From: Tubiluchus corallicola
Lineage: Eukaryota > Animalia > Priapulida
Reading direction: 5' to 3'
Assembly: GCA_030141605.1 (NCBI GenBank)
Contig: JAQGDQ010001010.1
Location: 6,758-70,757 of the forward strand
Length of the DNA stretch: 64,000 nucleotides
The translations under genes were made by a program, and so were the position numbers. Positions 55,053 to 64,000 of this stretch are shown piece after piece; position 1 is the first letter of the stretch, and each line of letters begins with the position of its first letter. Below the pieces are notes generated by a model. The model made no database searches and was not told where the DNA came from. It was given only the letters and a program-made list of their open reading frames with translations.

Positions 55053-55727
55053 GTATGTAGCTGACTGTGTAGCATAAGATGCAGCCTGTTGTACTCCCGT
55101 TTGCCGGACCACGCTTTTACGGATATCGGACAAAATTTGGACTGTTAAATGTCCCGCATACCATGGACGTGCTCTGTTATCTCGCGAGCTGACCGCTAGT
55201 TGGCGGGTCATCACTTTTTGTTTACATCGCGTACATCAGTGCAACCACGTGTATATCTCTATGTATGAAAATATAGAATCAATTATGCAGAGTTATTTGA
55301 GTCAACTGCCCACAGTTTTTGTATACTTTTACATAGGAGCCGTCCGTATTGGACGTTTTTGAAACAGTTAAGCGATTGATTCTGCATTACCATGAGTCTA
55401 ATACATGGTGCCTACTGTATTAATTTAGTATCAGTAAATACGGACAATCGGCATTTTCGGACCGTCGTCTTCCCGCTTTTGTCCGACAAATCCAGATGTG
55501 AGTATATTGATTTACATGACAATGAAAAAAGAATCGACTTGCATTTTACAAGGATCGCAGTGGCACAAAGCCTCAGTTTGGCCCAAAATTGGAGATACCA
55601 GGTTTCTCCTTTAAATGGGAGTGCTGTGTTGGAATGCAGCAAACTGTATTATCAGTAAGATGCTAAATGTAGTATCGATATTTTGTAAATTGTGACATCG
55701 CTATGCAGCAAACTGCGGCATCGGTAG

Positions 55728-57137
55728 GTAGCTAGCCGGGGCATTATAGCACTGATATTTACTACATAACTGAGTATAGCATCATTATGTGGCATATGTA
55801 GTACAGGCGGGTAGCTAGCTGGCGCATTATAGCACTGGTATTTACTACTTAACTGAGTATAGCATCATTGTGTGGCTTATGTAGTACAGACAGGTAGCTA
55901 GCTAGAGCATTATAGCACTGATATTTACTACTTAACTGACTATAGCATCATTATGTGGCATATGTAGTACAGGCAGGTAGCTAGCTGGAGCATTATAGCA
56001 CTGGTATTTACTACTTAACTGACTATAGCGTTATTATGTGGCTTATGTAGTACAGGCAGGTAGCTAGTTGGTGCATTATAGCACTGATATTTACTACTTA
56101 ACTGACTATAGCGTTATTATATGGCTTGTAGTGGGGGTGTGGGGTGGGTTTTTTTGTTGTTTGTGGGTTTTGTGTGTGTTTGTGTTTTGGTTTTGGGGGG
56201 GGTGTTTTGTTTACTACTTAACTGACTATAGGTTATTATGTGGCTTATGTAGTACAGGCAGGTAGCTAGTTGGTGCATTATAGCACTGATATTTACTACT
56301 TAACTGACTATAGCATCATTATGGGGCATATGTAGTACAGGCAGGTAGCTAGCTGGAGCATTATAGAAGTGGTATTTACTACTTAACTGACTGTAGCATC
56401 ATTATGTGGCATATGTAGTACAGGCAGGTAGCTAGCTGGGGTATTATAGCACTAGTATTTACTACTTTACTGACTATTGCATCATTATGTGGCTTATGTA
56501 GTACAGGCAGGTAGCTAGCTGGGGTATTATGGCATTGGTATTTACTACTTAACTGACTATAGCATCATTATGTGGCTTATGTAGTACAGGCAGGTAGCTA
56601 GCTGGGGCATCATAGCACTAGTATTTACTACTTAACTGACTATAGCATCATTATGTGGCTTATGTAGTACGAGCAGGTAGCTAGCTGGAGCATTATAGCA
56701 CTAGTATTTACTACTTAACTGACTGTAGCATCATTGTGTGGCTTATGTAGTACAGGCAGGTAGCTAGCTGGAGCATTATAGCACTAGTATTTACTACTTA
56801 ACTGACAATAGCGTCATTATGTGGCTTATGTAGTACGAGCAGGTCGCTAGCTGGAGCATTATAGCACTGGTATTTACTACTTAACTGACTGTAGAATCAT
56901 TATGTGACTTATGTAGTACAGGCAGGTAGCTAGCTATGGCATTATAGCACTGGTATTTACTACTTAAATGACTGTAGCATCATTATGTGGCATATGTAGT
57001 ACAGGCAGGTAGCTAGCTGGTTCATTATAGCACTAGTATTTACTACTTAAATGATTATAGCATCATTATGTGGCTTACGTAGTACAGGTAGGTAGCTAGC
57101 TGGAGCATTATAGCACTGGTATTTACTACTTTACTGA
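55728..57137. repeat. 83-bp minisatellite, about 17 copies
   Basis: Unit GTAGCTAGCTGGAGCATTATAGCACTGGTATTTACTACTTAACTGACTATAGCATCATTATGTGGCATATGTAGTACAGGCAG. Confidence 0.97.
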
Positions 57138-58233
57138 GCTAATACAGTAGGTGCCATCAAACTCATGGTACTGTAGAACTAATAGCCTAATTGCCTCAAA
57201 AACGCCTAAGTACTGGCCGCTCTTATTCAAAAGTATATAAAAACTGTCTGCAACTGACTGAAATCACATGCACAATCGACTCTATATTTTTATACATAGA
57301 GATATACATGTGCTTACACTGATGTACGTGATGTAAACAAAGTGATGGTCCAGCAACTAGCGATCATTTCTCGAAACAACAGACTGTACCAGTAGTATCC
57401 GGGACTGTTTAAACATCCAGATTTTGTCTGATTCTTCCAATGTCTGTGTGAAAGTCATTTTTGAAGTTGTTGTTCAGTCACTTTGTTATGATTGAGTTTA
57501 GACACAAAGAAGTATGGATAGGAACCAAAAATCTATAATAAATATTTGCACTGCACACAACAGAAAAGTGTTTATTGAACTACAGAAAACACGAGTAGCA
57601 AAACTGCTGCACTGAACATTGAGCAAAAACTAGAAAGCAAAAACAGTCAGTAAAACCTGATTCACAGTCAGTATACAGGTACTGACCTTGACCTATGCAG
57701 ACTTGCACAGGCTTCATAACAACCATTCATTTAAGATAGAGAGAGAACCAGTGTGTATGCATTCACTGGACCATACAATTATACTGAAGGTAAGTCAGCT
57801 GGTAGAATGTAACAAGATTAGCACATAGATGGCAGCACCTAACTACAGTGTACAATTCCAACTTCTGCAGTCTGCAAAGCGAGGTCTGGCAAACCGAGAT
57901 ATGAATGTATATATATGGCACAGGAAATTGTTGCGTAGCTCATTTGAACAATTTTGCTTATTATTCATTGGGATAAGATAATTAAAATAGTGATGTGATA
58001 GCAAAAGAAATATCACTTGAACAGGTGTGTAATAACACGTCTTTTTCGACTTTGAATGACTCATGAAAACCAAAGTTTATTAGTCGTTGAATCGGAAGTG
58101 GTGCTGACAAGCCACTGGCGTAGCAGTGTCTAATTTTCTGTTGGATTGCTGATGCGTTTACCTGTCTGTATGGCAGATTATTTTTATTTTAGAATTCTGC
58201 CTGCCCAATGTCTACAATAGACGTGACGGGCTT

Positions 58234-58314
58234 ATGATGATGATGATGATGATGATGATGAAGAAGATGATGATGATGATGATGATGATGGTGATGAAGA
58301 TGACGATGATGATG

Positions 58315-58393
<79 letters not shown>
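58234..58393. repeat. (GAT)n microsatellite
   Basis: Direct reading; it explains the poly-H ORF. Confidence 0.97.
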
Positions 58394-58456
58394 GTTGTTG
58401 AATCTTTATTTTCTTGCAAAAAAATCATATTTTTCCCTACTTCTGCTACTTTCCAG

Positions 58457-58600
58457 AAATTGACGAGTGCAGGGAATTAAATGGGATGCTTATCGACAAC
58501 CCGTGCGTACACGGCACGTGCGCGGATCACGTGGGTAGATTTGACTGCGCTTGTGAACCGGGCTATGAGAAAAGAAACAATTCCGAGGTTTGCGATGAAG
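58457..58600 (+). CDS. EGF-like domain 3 exon, calcium-binding type (EIDECRELNGMLIDNPCVHGTCADHVGRFDCACEPGYEKRNNSEVCDE)
   Basis: EIDEC...C.D....F.C.C..GY consensus; acceptor ttccag and donor G|gtacga. Confidence 0.93.
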
Positions 58601-59315
58601 GTACGAACTTTGGATTAATCGTTTTATTATCTTTTATTTGTTTTTATTTACCCGTCGTTCCCGATGACAACTTTTTTTCCACTTGAGACACGTCAAGCAA
58701 ATATGCTTACTGGACAGAAGAAAATCATTTTAATTACTCTAAATTTAAATTTATGTTGCATTGTCATCGTACTTTTTTGAGTTTTGGATAGTGCTGCCAC
58801 CTTCAGGTGTTCTTGTTAAAATTGTTAGATCTTTCTCTTTACTGTTTAAATTTTCATTGGCTTTTACAGTCTTTATGAATGCATAATCTGTAAACCTGTT
58901 TTCACACGTAAATGATTTCACCTGTAGTTTCTGGTCACTCGGTTTTCTGCTTTTCAACATGACCCTACTCACTGTTTATATAGGCATTTCAGAATAAAAT
59001 CTTAAAACTAAATTTCAAGCTTTTTGGTTTCTTCAAACCACTTACATTTGTGAGTCACACAAGGCAAGATGCTGCAATCCACACCAAAAACGAAATATAG
59101 TACTTGTTCCCGCTTGAGATGCTACGTGAGAGTGTGGGGAGGGTTTATAAAGACTGAAAATAACGTATAACTACTAAAATAATTATAGCGTCCCAACTTT
59201 GAAGAAATTCACTTATCGCGGGTGGACCTGGAACGGAACATCCGCGATAAGTGATGGAACAGTGTATTGTAATTTTCAGCGATCGAGTTTTGTATTGATT
59301 TTGTTTGAATTGCAG

Positions 59316-59429
59316 ATATTGATGAATGTGCAAGATATACGCCTTGTGTACACGGTGACTGTAACGAGTATGTTGACTATTACAATTGTACTTGCTATGA
59401 AGGCTATACGGGAGACACGTGCAATTCTG
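59316..59429 (+). CDS. EGF-like domain 4 exon ([38 protein letters not shown])
   Basis: DIDEC calcium-binding EGF consensus; acceptor ttgcag and donor G|gtaagt. Confidence 0.93.
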
Positions 59430-59620
59430 GTAAGTTCTGGTAAGAACAGTCATTTGTTGTTTGTCTGTGTATTTAGTCTTCTCCTGTTTGTATTGTCATG
59501 TAAAGACAACAAGAAGCAAACATACGTTGAAAAGGTAAGTTTGAAACCTAATACATGTATCATATTTTTGGACTAAAATTTGAAACTTTGACCAAAGAGC
59601 AGCCATTATGTAACTTTTTC

Positions 59621-61058
<1,438 letters not shown>

Positions 61059-61357
61059 ACTTTTTCCAACAAACAAGTAGCACTATAAGGCAGAATTACT
61101 TCATAAATGCAATAACTGACTGAAAAGTACTACTGGATTCCAGGAGTTAATAGATTAGCAAACTTGACTCACAAAATCATGCTGTACGCTAAATCAGTAG
61201 CAGTGCACACTGAAAAGTTCAAAGTGCATTATGACAATGTTAGTCAATGAAAAGAGTACAAACATTTTCACTCTTACTAAAATACATGATCCGTCATGCA
61301 GCTATAGGCCAATCATATGTGAATAGATGGTGAATGCACACTTATGTGTGTGATTAA

Positions 61358-61818
61358 CCCTTTCAGTCCCAAATTATTTTTTTAATAAGAAAAATTTTTT
61401 TGGCTTAGTACTTTTGTTAAGTACGTCCATCTTATTTACACATAATAATAAATTTTTTTCTACCTGTGCCCGCGTGCTAAATATAGCCTGTATCATACGG
61501 GATACATTGGGATTCAATGGAAGCGTAAAATGTGCTTCATTTTGCAACTGCTGATAATTTTTTAAAGTATTTAGGACATTTAGTATGCACGCTATGCTGA
61601 TCTGTACAATGTCGTCTCTAAAGTACTGTACCTTGCGCAGTTTTTTATGCTATGTAGATTTTCTAGTTTGCCATTTTATCACCATTTTTAGTTTATTGTT
61701 ATTGGCTTAAATCAAAATAACTATTAACAGATCAAATAACTGTCAGTTTTAAAATCTTATTAATTTTAAAGGCAGAAAATATTCTCGTATCCCACGGGAT
61801 ACAACGGGTATGAAAGGG
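61358..61818. mobile_element. piggyBac-like MITE
   Basis: TTAA|CCCTTTCA...TGAAAGGG|TTAA. Confidence 0.88.
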
Positions 61819-63282
61819 TTAATCGAATCTAACTGTATTACGTTTCTAAACAGCCACTTCAATTGTTAGAATAACAAAACACAGTAAGAAGTATGTGCCT
61901 TAAAGGAAGACAGGATGATTTTTATATCCTACTGCATTTTGAAGTACGGTAAAAAGCATACATTTTAACACCAATAATACTGCAAAAGCAGTTCTGATAA
62001 TTAAATACAGTGGAACCTCGACTTACGAAAACCCTATTATACGAAAAATTCAGAATACGAATCGGGCTTCGAGGAAATTTCCATCCCGTTTAACGAAAAA
62101 ATATTCAAGATACGAAAACGAAAATCGAAAGTGCCGCTCGACAGCGGTCCTCCCAGAATGCATTTCGTAGCATCACGTGAACGCTTTGTTGAACGCTTCG
62201 AAAGGTAAAGTGTCATTCGTAACAACATTTATTATTATTATATATATATATATAAGATTCGAGGCTACAGCTTCGACGACAGATAGATTGCCCGTTCATC
62301 AGGGTGTGTCATAGGCATATTTAGAATTTGCGAGAGGGCCACGGCGTCCCATAACGGGCGTTTTCCCGGACTCAAGTTTTTTCGAAATTTTGACCAAACA
62401 GCCTGCAGAAAAAACGCCATAGTGGCGCCTGGTGTGACTCGGGGAAGGAGATATACGGCTCTTTAGAAAGAGGAAGAACAGGGCTACACGATGGTGTGGG
62501 CTATATTTCAGGACACGTCCACCGAGAGGAGTACTGACGAGTTAATTAGATGTTCTATTTTGGCGATTTTCGCTTGGAAAACTGTTGACGCAAAGCCATT
62601 GTTCTGACGTCATCCATTATACTCTACCTATAACTTTAATTCAGTAAAAGCTGCTGCTGGCTTTGCGTTATAAATGAGGAGTGTGTAGGATGTTCGCGTA
62701 TTATTGATGATAAGTGTATTCATACGCAAAATTTTTTACGGGGCCTTTGCTAGTTACTATTATTATTTTTCATTGGTTTTATTTTCTTATTGTTTTTTAA
62801 TATTTCTGTAAATGATTATGTTGTCATTAACGAACATATTTCTTTCAGGTGGGCACAATGTTTACATTTTACACGACTGTTTTCAGGAGGAGCTGGAACG
62901 AATTACGCCATTTATAAATAATAAATCGTTATCAGGCCTTTCTGTACTTGGCTCCTTGATCAAACTGCCTGTGGTCCGCAGGAATTGCGGGAAAGTTTAA
63001 TGTGGCCCGGCTAGTCAGATCGCTGGTCTAAATCCATTATCCCGCCAGGTGCTTCAGAATCTTTTTTAGCGTAAAAAGTGAAAGTAAAGGAAAACTGTGC
63101 TAAATAATGATTTTGATTAAATTGGTGTTTAAATTATTAAATTAATAATTCAAGATTAGATGATTGACGATGCAAGAAACGATGAAACGATGATCCATGA
63201 AACGATCAAAAGCAATATCCGATCAAAATCCTCACAGATTCTTATTAATGACAAAACATTATTATTCTTACCAATTTCACAG

Positions 63283-63389
63283 TTCTCCCCTGTATATCCA
63301 GCAGAGCAACTGCACGTGTATGTTCCTATATAGTTACTGCATGTGCCATTGTGACATATGTTTGGATTGCTACATTCGTTGATGTCTGA
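63283..63389 (+). CDS. Candidate terminal exon with hydrophobic GPI-signal-like tail (VLPCISSRATARVCSYIVTACAIVTYVWIATFVDV*)
   Basis: Acceptor tttcacag. The phase-1 frame gives small residues (SS), a short spacer, a hydrophobic stretch and a stop at 63387-63389. No homology support. Confidence 0.55.
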
Positions 63390-64000
63390 AACACGGAAAG
63401 AAAGTCATCGAAAATTGGTCTTTGATAGAAGATGATTACTGAAGAATGACAGGGAAATAATAACCCTTTCACTACGGTGTTGCTTTTTAACAGGGCCACA
63501 TAGGTTTTTGCACATTTGCCAATAACTTCTTGTGGTGTGCTACTAAAACAGAATCTTGTAAATAAACAAATAGCCATTTGTTATTAAATACTAATATTGA
63601 ATATTAGTTTTATTTTTACACATGCACGCACGCACACACATGCACTCATCCATGCACGCACGTGCACACCCACACAAATAAGCACATACTTGTATTTAGA
63701 AGCCAATTTTCACAGAAGTCCATATTACTAATCCATAATACGCAATTATTTTATAAGAATGCAGCACAATTCCAGAGGGGCTTTTGTATCTTAGAATTTT
63801 GGTATTATGAGACAAGATTTATTACGATTTATTATTTATAAATGGCGTAATTCGTTCCAGCTCCTCCTGAAAACAGTCGTGTAAAATGTAAACATTGTGC
63901 CCACCTGAAAGAAATATGTTCGTTAATGACAACATAATCATTTACAGAAATATTAAAAAACAATAAGAAAATAAAACCAATGAAAAATAATAATAAACTA

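Noticed and set aside
62262-62308. Hammerhead-like core on the minus strand (CTGATGA...CGAAG CTGTAG)
   Set aside because: It has GAAG instead of GAAA, a weak stem II closure and no stem I partner. At best it is a degenerate remnant.

Overview
This is AT-rich, repeat-dense genomic DNA from an intron-rich eukaryote, almost certainly an invertebrate animal. There is no CRISPR array or operon, and most of the six-frame ORFs are noise from microsatellites and repeats. Three spliced genes were rebuilt by hand from GT-AG junctions with consistent phases. (1) A minus-strand type II membrane protein with two tandem ILEI/PANDER (FAM3/POMGNT1-stem-like) domains, 10 coding exons from 27106 down to 949, continuing off the left edge. 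(2) A 3-exon tandem-rhodanese sulfurtransferase (MPST/TST family; 6905-11994, +, 330 aa) nested antisense inside an 11.4-kb intron of gene 1, with an atypical CGQGMT active-site loop. (3) A plus-strand gene (37995-63389, 9 coding exons, about 474 aa) with signal peptide, two divergent SUEL-type lectin domains, four EGF domains and a hydrophobic GPI-like tail. Introns hold many MITEs (hAT-like with 8-bp TSDs, Tc1/pogo-like with TA, piggyBac/Kolobok-like with TTAA), LINE fragments, mini- and microsatellites. The most unusual item is a TSD-flanked retroposon made of a full-length 5S rRNA head fused to a bipartite RTE-derived body (43403-43884). A headless, TSD-flanked copy of the same body (21791-22215) starts at the 5S/body junction.
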